A stretch of 64,000 nt of DNA from Chitinophagaceae bacterium. Its GTDB lineage: Bacteria; Bacteroidota; Bacteroidia; Chitinophagales; Chitinophagaceae. The notes beneath the pieces are model-generated. The model was not told where the DNA came from, made no database searches, and saw nothing but the letters and a program-made list of their open reading frames with translations. The stretch spans positions 712-64,711 of the forward strand of contig JAYSXR010000392.1 in assembly GCA_043717145.1 (NCBI GenBank). The letters run 5' to 3'. This document shows, one piece after another, positions 12,315-22,473 of the stretch (position 1 is the stretch's first letter; every line of letters starts with the position of its first letter). Both the position numbers and the translations under genes were made by a program.

Positions 12315-13604
12315 GTGAAAAGAATAACCGCATCTTTTTCAATACAACACGTTGATGTTCTTAAACAGCAGATGTTGAACTGGGCCAACCGATTCAACAT
12401 TTGTTCTTTTTTGGATAACCATCAATACAGTTCCAACTATCACGGCGTGGAATGTTTGGTGGCAGCTGGCGCAGCACAGGTTTTCAATCCCACAGAAAAC
12501 ATATTGGCACAACTCAGCAGTTTCTGTAAGCAACAGAACGACTGGCTGTTTGGCCATATAAATTACGACATCAAAAATAGTATCGAGCCTTTACATTCTT
12601 CTCATCCCGACCACATTGGGTTCACTGATATTTTTTTCTTTCAGCCCGAAATTATTTTGCAGTTGCAGGATACCCGGCTTACTATTTCTTCATTAACAAC
12701 TGAACCAAAGATTATTTTTAAAGAAATCACCAACAGTGTATGTACCATGGATCATGGACCATCTGCAGTCACCGTTAACCCTCGTATAAGCAAGGAACAA
12801 TATATCCAAACAATACAACATCTCTTAAAACACATACAAAGAGGCGATTGTTACGAGATCAACTTCTGTCAGGAATTTTATGCAACACAAGTTTCAATAA
12901 ATCCTTTGCACGTATATGAGCAACTAACAGCCATTTCACCCAATCCATTCTCGTGTTTTTATAAACTGGATGAAAAATATTTATTATGTGCCAGTCCTGA
13001 AAGGTACCTGCAGAAAAAAGATAACAGGCTACTCTCACAACCCATCAAAGGAACGTTCAAAAGAAATATGGATAGTACCAAAGCTGATGAACTGTTGAAA
13101 CAACAATTACAGCAAAGCCAAAAAGACAGGAGCGAGAATGTAATGGTGGTTGACCTGGTCCGTAATGACCTCAGCCGCATATGCAAAGAAGGGACCGTGC
13201 AGGTGGAGGAACTGTTTGGCGTATACAGTTTTCCGCAGGTTCACCAGATGATTTCCAGCATAACAGGCGAATTACAGGAAGGTATAGATTTCGCAGGCAT
13301 ATTAAAGGCAACTTTCCCCATGGGCAGTATGACGGGAGCACCCAAAAGAAAGGTTATGGAACTGATAGAACAATATGAGAAAACAAAAAGAGGTATTTAT
13401 TCAGGTGCAGTGGGTTATATTAGTCCAGCTGAGGATTTTGATTTTAATGTAGTAATCAGGAGCATCCTCTATAATGCCCACACACATTACTTAAGTTACC
13501 TGGTGGGGAGTGGTATAACATTTTATAGTAATCCAGAAAAAGAGTATGAAGAATGTTTGTTAAAAGCAGAAGCAATACAAAAAGTTTTGCAGAAGCTTGC
13601 ATAA
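12315..13604 (+). CDS. pabB: Aminodeoxychorismate synthase component I (anthranilate synthase-like)
   Basis: SPERY, PIKGT, ENVMVVDLVRND, FPMGSMTGAPK. Confidence 0.88.
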   Translation: MKRITASFSIQHVDVLKQQMLNWANRFNICSFLDNHQYSSNYHGVECLVAAGAAQVFNPTENILAQLSSFCKQQNDWLFGHINYDIKNSIEPLHSSHPDHIGFTDIFFFQPEIILQLQDTRLTISSLTTEPKIIFKEITNSVCTMDHGPSAVTVNPRISKEQYIQTIQHLLKHIQRGDCYEINFCQEFYATQVSINPLHVYEQLTAISPNPFSCFYKLDEKYLLCASPERYLQKKDNRLLSQPIKGTFKRNMDSTKADELLKQQLQQSQKDRSENVMVVDLVRNDLSRICKEGTVQVEELFGVYSFPQVHQMISSITGELQEGIDFAGILKATFPMGSMTGAPKRKVMELIEQYEKTKRGIYSGAVGYISPAEDFDFNVVIRSILYNAHTHYLSYLVGSGITFYSNPEKEYEECLLKAEAIQKVLQKLA

Positions 13605-13642
13605 TACTAAGCAACTTTCAGAGAGTTCGGGGAGAATAGAAA

Positions 13643-14746
13643 CTATTTTGCAACAACTGCACCTTCCAGTAAAGCCCTTACCGATTGCATCAGTAAATTT
13701 CCTTTTCTTGTTTCAAAAATGGCTGCCTGCTCCTTCATTAAACGCATGGAGTATTTTTTGCCTTCAGCCAAGGCCTTATCAAAACCAGGGTTCCATTTAT
13801 TAAACTGGATAATATCCATTAATAAACTGCTTGAGACAATCATTGAATTATATCGGCCGCTTACTTCAACCAATGTAGTATTGGCTATTTCATCACTACT
13901 TAATTTCACTTCCTGCGGAATGGCTGAAGCTGCTTTCTGCACAACGGTTTCACCGGCCGTCATAGTTGTCCAGCCGCCGCTGCCTTCGAAAATATAATGA
14001 GTCCCTATAAATTTTTTAACGTGGTTACGGGTTTCTTCGGGTAAATAATATTGCAGATCCCAGAAATCCCTGCTACCGGCTTTCCTGATAGCTTGTCTTA
14101 TCCTTCCTGCCCCACCATTATAAGCGGCAACCACTAATAACCAGTCGCCAAATTCTCCATATAGTTCTTTCATTAAACGGGCGGCCACATGGGTGCTTTT
14201 ATAAAAATCCATTCTGTCATCTACAGCACCGGTGCGAAGGCCAAACCGTTTAGCTTCGTCGCCCATCAACTGCCACGGTCCCACCGCCCCGGCCCAGGAA
14301 ACCAATCCTGAACTCAAATGGCTTTCTATCACACTCAGGTATTTCATTTCCTTTGGTAAGCCATACAAACCAAGTACGTTATCATATAGGTCGAAATAAG
14401 GTTTACCCCATGTTTTCATCTTTTCCAATTCCTTGCCCTGTTTACGAATATATTCCTGCACAAATGATACTGCCCTGGGGTTTAATTGTGCTGCATACGG
14501 TTTTGAGGCATCGAAACTATTGCTTCCGAAAAGGCTTTTAAACCCTCCCTTTTCATTCAAAGTAGAATCCTGTACTAACATGCTGCTATTCAAAGGTTCC
14601 GTGAAAGACATGCTTGCAAGGCTCCCTACCACAAAAGCAAATCCCACCAAGGTTATCTTGGTAAGTGAGATATGATTATTGATATTTAGTCCAAACCATT
14701 GCATGGTTGCAGAGATTCGTTGTTTAATTGATAATAAGCTATTCAA
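13643..14746 (-). CDS. Lytic transglycosylase (MltD-like SLT domain); start uncertain
   Basis: SVIES catalytic Glu, GAVGPWQLM, AAYNGG, LPEETRNHV. Confidence 0.88.
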   Translation of the reverse strand: MNSLLSIKQRISATMQWFGLNINNHISLTKITLVGFAFVVGSLASMSFTEPLNSSMLVQDSTLNEKGGFKSLFGSNSFDASKPYAAQLNPRAVSFVQEYIRKQGKELEKMKTWGKPYFDLYDNVLGLYGLPKEMKYLSVIESHLSSGLVSWAGAVGPWQLMGDEAKRFGLRTGAVDDRMDFYKSTHVAARLMKELYGEFGDWLLVVAAYNGGAGRIRQAIRKAGSRDFWDLQYYLPEETRNHVKKFIGTHYIFEGSGGWTTMTAGETVVQKAASAIPQEVKLSSDEIANTTLVEVSGRYNSMIVSSSLLMDIIQFNKWNPGFDKALAEGKKYSMRLMKEQAAIFETRKGNLLMQSVRALLEGAVVAK

Positions 14747-14803
14747 GCAGCAGTAATCCTTTACAGCTTGAGCTCTTTTGAAAAATATATTTGTTATGCA
14801 GCC

Positions 14804-16240
14804 CTATTTAGCAATATCCATCAGCTGCTTGGAAAGGCATAGTAAAGATACTTCATCAAAATGAGAAGTCATCACCTGGAGGCCAAAAGGCATGCCATTG
14901 GGATGTTTGAAGAGGGGTATGGAAATTCCGGGTATTCCCACGAGGTTGGCAAATACCGTATAGATATCAGCAAGAAACATTTCTACCGGATCACTATTCT
15001 TTTCACCCAGCTTAAAAGCAGGGGAAGGAACCGTGGGTGAAATGATGGCATCAAACTCTGAAAAAAGGTGTTTAGTCCTGTCACTCAAAATTCTTCTAAC
15101 TTGTTGAGCTTTAGTGAAATAAGCATCGAAATACCCGGCACTTAGTACAAAAGTGCCAAGCATGATCCGCCGCTTCACTTCTTTACCAAACCCTTCACTT
15201 CGGGAAGCTTTATACAATTCGGTCAGATCAATATCAGCAAGCGGTGTACGGTACCCATATTTTACACCGTCGAAACGGGAAAGATTGCTGGAAGCCTCCG
15301 CGGTAGTAAGTATATAGTACGTAGGAACAACATATTCAAGTAGTTCAAAATCAACTGCTTCAAGCGTGTGCCCCAAGTCTGTTAATTTTTTGATAAACGA
15401 CTCTATTTCTGATTTGATGGCCGGGTCCAAACCCGGATGTTCCAGCGTTTCTTTAAAATAAGCAATCTTGTATTTTTTATCCCATTCCTGCACCGCTTGT
15501 GAATAAGCGGGAACAGGTTGTTGAGATACCGTGCTGTCAAAATCATCATCCCCTGCAATTACTTCCAATACCAATGCGGCATCATCTACTGAATTGGCAA
15601 AAATGCCTATCTGGTCAAAGGAGGATGCATAGGCAATCAGTCCATACCTGGATATACGGCCATACGTTGGCTTAAGACCTACTACCCCACAGAAATCTGC
15701 GGGTTGGCGAACAGATCCTCCCGTATCGCTTCCCAAACTGATCATACATAAACCTGCCTGAACCCCCACTGCAGAGCCGCCTGAAGAACCACCGGGAACC
15801 CTTGATTGATCAGCTGCATTTTTAACATGGCCAAACGCTGATTTCTCATTACTGCTGCCCATGGCAAATTCATCGCAGTTCTGGCGGCCGATGATGATAG
15901 CACCGGCAGCCAATAGTTTATCAACTGCCGTGGCATTGTATATAGCTGTAAAATTTTTTAGGATAAGGGACCCTGCCGATAAAGAATGGCCCTTATAACT
16001 GATCACATCTTTTAAACCAATAATTACCCCGGAGAGTTTACCCATAGCATCCCCGGATGTTCTTTGCAAATCCAGAGCGGTAGCCTGTTGCAGGGCTTCG
16101 GTTTCGTAAACTTCCAGAAAAGCATTGAGTTGTGTACTGGCTCGTATAGCCCCCAAATAACAATGAACGGCCTCCACACAAGTGGTTTGGCCGTTCTGTA
16201 ATGCTTTATGATAGTCTTTGATTGTGCTGTAGCGAAACAA
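14804..16240 (-). CDS. gatA: Asp/Glu-tRNA amidotransferase subunit A
   Basis: Amidase signature GGSSGGS, GSDTGGSVRQPA, SSNLSRFDG, EVKRRIMLG. Confidence 0.96.
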   Translation of the reverse strand: MFRYSTIKDYHKALQNGQTTCVEAVHCYLGAIRASTQLNAFLEVYETEALQQATALDLQRTSGDAMGKLSGVIIGLKDVISYKGHSLSAGSLILKNFTAIYNATAVDKLLAAGAIIIGRQNCDEFAMGSSNEKSAFGHVKNAADQSRVPGGSSGGSAVGVQAGLCMISLGSDTGGSVRQPADFCGVVGLKPTYGRISRYGLIAYASSFDQIGIFANSVDDAALVLEVIAGDDDFDSTVSQQPVPAYSQAVQEWDKKYKIAYFKETLEHPGLDPAIKSEIESFIKKLTDLGHTLEAVDFELLEYVVPTYYILTTAEASSNLSRFDGVKYGYRTPLADIDLTELYKASRSEGFGKEVKRRIMLGTFVLSAGYFDAYFTKAQQVRRILSDRTKHLFSEFDAIISPTVPSPAFKLGEKNSDPVEMFLADIYTVFANLVGIPGISIPLFKHPNGMPFGLQVMTSHFDEVSLLCLSKQLMDIAK

Positions 16241-16268
16241 AGGCTAAAATACTTTTAGAGAAAATTAA

Positions 16269-16466
16269 TTACGGTTGTGTGGTGGTGGTTTTATCCTTTT
16301 CCTTTATTCCTTCTTCCAATTCCTTTTTCACATTATCCTTGGCATCGTTGAACTCACGAATACCTTTACCCAAACCTCTCATGAATTCGGGAATTTTTCT
16401 TCCCCCAAATAATACCAATACCACTACTGCAATAAGTAATATCTCTTGAAATCCTAAGTTGCCCAT
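16269..16466 (-). CDS. tatA: Twin-arginine translocase TatA
   Basis: [21 protein letters not shown]. Confidence 0.95.
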   Translation of the reverse strand: MGNLGFQEILLIAVVVLVLFGGRKIPEFMRGLGKGIREFNDAKDNVKKELEEGIKEKDKTTTTQP

Positions 16467-16624
16467 AAATTTTGTTTTAAGAAAGTCAAAGTTAATGCAA
16501 ATCAGATGCCGCCCAATTATTTATTAATGTTTATGCTCCTGATGATCGTCAGACGTGAATTGTGCGTAATTGGTTATGAGTGGGGGAAAAGAAACCGTCC
16601 TCCCCACTCACGATTCAACCCAAT

Positions 16625-16660
16625 AAAAAAGCGGAAGTTTAGTCTGCACTAAGCTTCCGC
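16625..16660 (-). terminator. Intrinsic terminator after rplS
   Basis: aaaaaa-GCGGAAG-tttagtctgcactaag-CTTCCGC hairpin. Confidence 0.8.
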
Positions 16661-16683
16661 CTGGATTTATTTGAAAACAAGGT

Positions 16684-17034
16684 TTAGAAACGTTTTTCCT
16701 TGATGCGGGCACTTTTACCGCTGCGCTCACGCAGGTAGTACAATTTAGCACGACGCACTTTACCTGTTTTGTTCAATAGAATAGAATCAATATTTGGCGA
16801 AAGAATGGGGAACAAACGTTCAACACCTACTCCATCAGATATTTTACGTACAGTGAAAGATGCGGTTGCACCGGTTCCCTGTAATTTAATCACATCTCCA
16901 CGGAAGCCCTGGATACGCTCTTTACCACCTTCAACAATCTTATAGTTAACGGTAATATTATCACCAGCCTTGAATTTAGGGTGGTTTTTCTTAGTTGTCA
17001 ACTGATCGTGTACAAACTGAACTGCTGCGTCCAT
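16684..17034 (-). CDS. rplS: 50S ribosomal protein L19
   Basis: [23 protein letters not shown]. Confidence 0.98.
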   Translation of the reverse strand: MDAAVQFVHDQLTTKKNHPKFKAGDNITVNYKIVEGGKERIQGFRGDVIKLQGTGATASFTVRKISDGVGVERLFPILSPNIDSILLNKTGKVRRAKLYYLRERSGKSARIKEKRF

Positions 17035-17070
17035 ATCTTTTAATTTTTGCGGACGGCAAAGGTAAAGAAA

Positions 17071-17102
17071 AATTAGTAATTAGTAATTAGTAATTAGTAA
17101 TT
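17071..17102. repeat. Heptamer tandem repeat TAATTAG x4 between rny and rplS promoter
   Basis: aattagtaattagtaattagtaattagtaatt. Confidence 0.8.
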
Positions 17103-17105
17103 TTT

Positions 17106-18671
17106 TTACCTCGCCACATTAATTGCCCTTTTTTCCCTGATTACAGTCACTTTTATCTGCCCCGGATAGGTCATTTCGGTCTGTATTTTCTGGGCTATTT
17201 CGAAACTGAGTTTATCGCTATCAATATCAGTTACCTTATCTGCCTCTACAATTACCCTCAATTCCCTTCCAGCCTGGATAGCATAAGCTTTTTCCACTCC
17301 CGTGTAAGCCATAGCCAGGTTTTCGAGGTCTTTGATCCGTTGAAGGTACTGCTGCATCATTTCGCGCCTTGCGCCCGGCCTTGCGCCGCTGATGGCATCA
17401 CAGGCCTGGATAATAGGTGAAATAACATATTGCATTTCCATCTCGTCGTGGTGCGCGCCAATGGCATTCACAACGGCGGGGTTCTCCCCATATTTCTCAG
17501 CTAATTTGGCTCCCAGTAAAGCGTGGGTAAGTTCTGTTTCTTCGTCAGGTACTTTACCAATATCATGCAATAAACCGGCACGTTTGGCCAGTTTAGGGTT
17601 CATACCCAGTTCAGCGGCCATGATTCCACATAAATTGGCGGTTTCCCTGCTGTGCATCAAAAGATTCTGGCCGTAAGAAGAGCGGAACCGCATCTTTCCT
17701 ACAATCCTAACCAGTTCTTTATGCAGGCCATGGATACCCATTTCTATTACGGTACGCTCTCCAATTTCCATGATCTGCTCTTCCAGCTGGCGGCGTGTTT
17801 TTTCAACTACTTCCTCAATACGGGCGGGGTGTATACGGCCATCCGATACAAGGCGCTGCAAACTTAAACGGGCTATTTCCCTGCGTAATGGATCGAAAGA
17901 AGAAAGAATGATGGCTTCAGGTGTGTCATCAACAATCAGATCTACCCCTGTGGCTGCTTCGATGGCACGTATATTACGGCCTTCACGACCAATGATCTGG
18001 CCTTTTATCTCATCGGTTTCCAGATTAAATACGGTGACCGTGTTTTCAATGGTCACTTCAGCAGCAGTTCGCTGTATGGATTGAATAACAATTTTCCGGG
18101 CTTCTTTATTCGCTTTTAGCTTGGCATCTTCAATGATTTCCTGTTGTAAGGTCAGTGCCTGTGAATGGGCATCCGCTTTCAGGCTCTCTATCAGCTGTGA
18201 TTTAGCTTCATCAGCACTCAACCCGGCTATTTTTTCAAGGCGGCGGATATGTTCTTCCTGGTGTTTTTCAAGTTCAGTGCGTTTCTGGGCCACTACTTCG
18301 ATCTGGCGGTTCAGGTTCTCTTTGATCACCTCATTGTCCTTTACCTGCTTATCAAGCGCGGTTTCTTTCTGGTTAATGGTAAGTTCCTTCTGCTTAATTC
18401 GGTTTTCCGCTTCGCCGGTTTTACGGTTTCTTTCCAGTACATCCCTCTCGTAATCCGACTTCAATTGTACAAACCGTTCTTTGGCCTCAAGCTGTTTTTC
18501 TTTCTTGATGGTTTCTGCCCTGAGTTCTGCTTCTTTTAAGATGTTTTGAGCAGTTTGTTCGGCATCTTCAATCTGTTTTTTTGTGTTTTTAGCGAAAAAA
18601 AGTCTACCCGCAATAAGTCCCACAATTAGTGCAGTGACACCAATTATAATAAATACGACATTCTGGTCCAT
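17106..18671 (-). CDS. rny: Ribonuclease Y
   Basis: N-terminal TM, coiled coil, KH (IIGREGRNI), HD (LLHDIGK). Confidence 0.97.
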   Translation of the reverse strand: MDQNVVFIIIGVTALIVGLIAGRLFFAKNTKKQIEDAEQTAQNILKEAELRAETIKKEKQLEAKERFVQLKSDYERDVLERNRKTGEAENRIKQKELTINQKETALDKQVKDNEVIKENLNRQIEVVAQKRTELEKHQEEHIRRLEKIAGLSADEAKSQLIESLKADAHSQALTLQQEIIEDAKLKANKEARKIVIQSIQRTAAEVTIENTVTVFNLETDEIKGQIIGREGRNIRAIEAATGVDLIVDDTPEAIILSSFDPLRREIARLSLQRLVSDGRIHPARIEEVVEKTRRQLEEQIMEIGERTVIEMGIHGLHKELVRIVGKMRFRSSYGQNLLMHSRETANLCGIMAAELGMNPKLAKRAGLLHDIGKVPDEETELTHALLGAKLAEKYGENPAVVNAIGAHHDEMEMQYVISPIIQACDAISGARPGARREMMQQYLQRIKDLENLAMAYTGVEKAYAIQAGRELRVIVEADKVTDIDSDKLSFEIAQKIQTEMTYPGQIKVTVIREKRAINVAR

Positions 18672-18848
18672 GGTTTTGGCAAGTTTTAAAATAGTTCACA
18701 ATCATATAACGCTGATCACATCTCATTTTCCTATAATAAGTAAATGATTACAGACGAAGATAATTAATAACTGGGAAGTTTGGTGATGAAGTTGAAAGAT
18801 ACCGGATGCGGATGGCTCTGGATAGGGGATATGGCTTAACTGACTCGG

Positions 18849-19148
18849 TTATTCGTACTTTTCTTCCAGGGCTTTATCAACTATTTTTTCAAGCGAGGCG
18901 AGCTTAGCGGCAGCTTCGTCCCATTTTATCAGGTCAATGCCGGACTGGTTTTGTTCGGTGGCGAACCAAAGTAAAACCATGGACACATAATCCTGCATAT
19001 CCTTTCCCGCAAAAAGGGTTTTGAATTCAGTAATCTTATCGTTGATGAGGGCGGCTGTTTTGCGCACCATTTCTTCATCGGCCACTTCTATTTTCAAGCG
19101 GTAGCTCCTGTCGGCAATAAGGATATTTACGGGTATGAGTTCAGACAT
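18849..19148 (-). CDS. zapA: Cell division protein ZapA
   Basis: ILIADRSYRL..EE.VR..A..IN; position upstream of rny. Confidence 0.85.
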   Translation of the reverse strand: MSELIPVNILIADRSYRLKIEVADEEMVRKTAALINDKITEFKTLFAGKDMQDYVSMVLLWFATEQNQSGIDLIKWDEAAAKLASLEKIVDKALEEKYE

Positions 19149-19234
19149 AATTCATGCGGTTTTCTATGCGTCCACGCGTCTTTGCAGTTATGTATTGCTA
19201 CTTAACCGCCAGGGCGCCAATACGCGGGGTTACA

Positions 19235-19522
19235 CTACGTGTTTATTAAGGAGAGGCACTTATCAATTTCTTTCAGGTAAACATCTATGCGTTTAGAAAG
19301 CGCATTCTTCTCCTCTTCATTTAGACTGCCTGAGCCCAGTTTCAATACATCCATTTGCTGCTGGATGGCCTGCAGGGTTTGTTCTTTTTCTTCGGTTACG
19401 GATAAGGCTTTGTCAAGATCCTTTTTTAATTTCTGGTTTTCCTTTTGCAGCAAACCCTGTTGCTTAAGCAGTTGCTGAAGCTTTTCCTGAATGCTTTTTA
19501 TCTGTAAATCAAGGTCAACCAT
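19235..19522 (-). CDS. Coiled-coil protein (ZapB-like) upstream of zapA
   Basis: 95-aa heptad-rich; KEIDKCL C-terminus. Confidence 0.75.
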   Translation of the reverse strand: MVDLDLQIKSIQEKLQQLLKQQGLLQKENQKLKKDLDKALSVTEEKEQTLQAIQQQMDVLKLGSGSLNEEEKNALSKRIDVYLKEIDKCLSLINT

Positions 19523-19594
19523 CTATCTAAGATAACAGCAAAGCGGAATAACCGTGCATTTTTACTGCACTTCTTATTCACGGTTGCGGGGTGA

Positions 19595-22012
19595 TTATTT
19601 TCTGATCTCTGCCGCCAGTTCGGTTTCAAACCCCTGTATCAGCTTTGATACCATGGCATCCACTTCTTTATCGGTTAGTGTTTTTTCATCGTCGGAAAAA
19701 GTGAAACTGATGGCCATAGATTTTTTATCCGCGCCTAGTTTATTACTTTCAAACACATCAAACAAACGCATATTACTGAGTTTACTCAGTTTCACTTTCT
19801 TCACGGAATTTTCTATCGCCTCATAAGTGGTGGTGCTGTTTACCACCATGGCCAGATCACGTTGTATGACTGGAAATTTATTTACTTCCTTATAAGTGAC
19901 CTTATTTTTGGTAACTGCTTTCAATAGTTTAGCAAACTGGATATCGAGTACAAATACCGGTTGTTTGATATCAAAACGCTGCAGTTTTTGCTGACTAACT
20001 TCCAATAAATTCCCCAGTAAAAGCTTGGCATGGAAGATATCCAATACCAATCCGGCCTGTTCCGATTTGGAGAAAACAATTCCATCTAATCCACACAAAG
20101 CCAGCACGGCCGTAGCGAGGCCTTTGATCCGGTAAAAATCCTGTTGCCTGCTTTTTATCTGCCAGGCATCTTCTTGGTTGGCCCCGGTAGTGTATAAACA
20201 TAAATGTTCTTCTTCAGCATATTTACCTACTTCTTCTGAGAAATAGGTTTTGCCATATTCAAACAACTGCAGGTCCTGGTTTCTCCGGTTGATATTGTAA
20301 GAAATCGCTTCCAGGCCGGTTTCCAACATAGAGGGCCGAAGTACATCCAGGTCCACACTCAGGTTATTAATCATTTTAACTGCTGAGGCCAGCACGTTCT
20401 CATCAAAATATTTACTGTTGGTGATGGAATTGGTAAATATTTCAATAAAACCCTGTCCTACTAAATAATCCGCAATCTTATCTTTCAAAGATTCCTTCAT
20501 ACCCAATTGCTCAACAGCGGGACTAATGGTAATGGTTGATGGGATCTCGATATTATCTAACCCGTCTATGCGTAAAATTTCTTCTACGATATCAGCCGGT
20601 ATAGTAATATCGGGTTTACTGTACGGTACGGCAATACGCAGTTCATCTAGTCCTTCGCGTACAATTTCAAAACCGAGGCTGGTTAATATTCTTTTGATTT
20701 TATCTGCATGATAATTTTTGCCACTCAGCTTTTTGAGGTAGTGATTTTTTAATGTGATCTCTGTTTTGGGTTTTGGATCTGTATATACATCTACTATATC
20801 ACTGCTAATCTCACCACCGGCAATCTCTTTTATCAGGATAGCTGCTCTTTTCAGCACATTTACCGTATTGGAAATATCCACGCCTTTTTCAAACCGGGTG
20901 GCGGCATCAGTGCGCAGATCATGACGAACAGAGGTTTTGCGAATACTAACCGGGTTAAACCAGGCACTTTCTAAAAATATATTGGTAGTATCAGGTTTAA
21001 CACTGCTATGCAAACCACCAAATACCCCGGCGATACACATACCTTCTTTTGCATTGCAGATCATCAGGTCTTCTGCACTTAGATTTCTTTCTCTTTCATC
21101 GAGTGTGGTGAATTTGGTTCCTTCACTAAGATTTTTCACAATAATTTCGGCACCTGTTATGGCATCTGCATCAAACGCATGTAAAGGCTGGCCGGTTTCG
21201 TGCAATATAAAATTAGTTATATCTACAATATTATTGATAGAACGCAGGCCAATAGCCGTGAGGCGGTCTTTTAACCATTGCGGGGATTCTTTAACTGTAA
21301 CCCCGGTAATACTTACGCCGGCATAGCGTGGGCAAGCTTCTTCGTTTTCGATAGTTACTTTGATGGTGTGCCCTGTATTATCCGGTTTAAACCCGCTGGA
21401 GAACGGGCTTTTGGGTTTCGCTTCTTTTTGGTGATGGGTGAGGTAAGCGCAAACATCACGTGCAACTCCAAAATGGCTCATCGCATCCATGCGGTTAGGG
21501 GTAAGCCCTATCTCATAGATCCAGTCTGAATTAGGCTTAAAATAATCTGCTGCTGGCGAACCCACTACCGAATCTACCGGTAATACAATAATGCCATCGT
21601 GGTTGGTGCCTATGCCTATTTCATCTTCTGAACAAATCATCCCGTGGCTTTCTATGGAACGAATTTTTGCCACACGCATGGTCAAAGGCTCTCCCACCAT
21701 TGGCCAGATCGTTGTTCCCGCTGTTGCCACCACCACTTTTTGTCCGGCCGCAACATTCGAAGCACCGCAAACAATTTGCAAAGCCTCGCTGCCACCCACA
21801 TTTACTTTGGTTAATTTTAATTTATCGGCATTGGGGTGTTGGATACATTCCAGCACTTCACCTATAACCAGTCCGGCCAACCCTCCTTTAATACTTTCGT
21901 ATTTTTTCAGGCTTTCTACTTCCAAACCAATAGAAGTGAGTATTCTGGATAGTTTTTCGGGCTCAATTATTTCAGGGAGGTAATCACTTAACCAATTGTA
22001 ACTGATCGTCAT
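19595..22012 (-). CDS. pheT: Phenylalanine-tRNA ligase beta subunit
   Basis: HPNADKL, CGASN, TPNRMD, RFEKG, C-terminal FDX-ACB domain. Confidence 0.98.
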   Translation of the reverse strand: MTISYNWLSDYLPEIIEPEKLSRILTSIGLEVESLKKYESIKGGLAGLVIGEVLECIQHPNADKLKLTKVNVGGSEALQIVCGASNVAAGQKVVVATAGTTIWPMVGEPLTMRVAKIRSIESHGMICSEDEIGIGTNHDGIIVLPVDSVVGSPAADYFKPNSDWIYEIGLTPNRMDAMSHFGVARDVCAYLTHHQKEAKPKSPFSSGFKPDNTGHTIKVTIENEEACPRYAGVSITGVTVKESPQWLKDRLTAIGLRSINNIVDITNFILHETGQPLHAFDADAITGAEIIVKNLSEGTKFTTLDERERNLSAEDLMICNAKEGMCIAGVFGGLHSSVKPDTTNIFLESAWFNPVSIRKTSVRHDLRTDAATRFEKGVDISNTVNVLKRAAILIKEIAGGEISSDIVDVYTDPKPKTEITLKNHYLKKLSGKNYHADKIKRILTSLGFEIVREGLDELRIAVPYSKPDITIPADIVEEILRIDGLDNIEIPSTITISPAVEQLGMKESLKDKIADYLVGQGFIEIFTNSITNSKYFDENVLASAVKMINNLSVDLDVLRPSMLETGLEAISYNINRRNQDLQLFEYGKTYFSEEVGKYAEEEHLCLYTTGANQEDAWQIKSRQQDFYRIKGLATAVLALCGLDGIVFSKSEQAGLVLDIFHAKLLLGNLLEVSQQKLQRFDIKQPVFVLDIQFAKLLKAVTKNKVTYKEVNKFPVIQRDLAMVVNSTTTYEAIENSVKKVKLSKLSNMRLFDVFESNKLGADKKSMAISFTFSDDEKTLTDKEVDAMVSKLIQGFETELAAEIRK

Positions 22013-22254
22013 AGTTGCTTGCGCTTTACGGGGATCAAAAATAGGTGATAAAGTTGTGAATCTTGAGTGGTGAACAGAAAGCCCTTTTCGCCCACTACCT
22101 GCTCCTCACCACTTGCGGTTTTTATCATCATGAGGGATTTACCCCTGCCTTTAATTACGGCATTTACCTATTACTTACCCGGTTTTTCTAAAAAATCTTT
22201 CTGCACAGTGTAATGTTAATTAGGATTATAACAGGGCGGAAAACTTTTGTATTT

Positions 22255-22328
22255 GGTGGATAAGGGTAGTAAATTGTGTGAATAGGACTAGAAATAGTGT
22301 GAATAGTAGTTGGATAAGCTGTGGATGA
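22255..22328. promoter_or_regulatory. Phased cluster of co-oriented DnaA-box-like 9-mers (candidate oriC or DnaA-controlled dnaB promoter)
   Basis: GGTGGATAA 22255, TGTGAATAG 22277, TGTGAATAG 22298, GTTGGATAA 22309, TGTGGATGA 22320, compared with consensus TGTGGATAA. Confidence 0.65.
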
Positions 22329-22473
22329 ATATTGAGAGAAATAATTTTCTCATGCCACATTCTAACACATATATTCGCTCCCCCTTACTTGACTGGTGAC
22401 AATTTCGTAACACGAAGTTTTAGCAACAAATAAGTAAAATGTTTACTAACCCAAACAACTGCCTGAACCAAAC

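Noticed and set aside
11762-12318. Ser-rich antisense ORF and Met-rich alternate-frame ORF
   Set aside because: Shadows of the GAT/GAA repeats in the acidic protein gene
18672-18848. Possible 6S RNA between zapA and rny (its position in some Bacteroidota)
   Set aside because: No long irregular hairpin is visible. The spacer instead holds a -7 box (TATCTTCG, 18762-18755) for rny. An Infernal search would settle it
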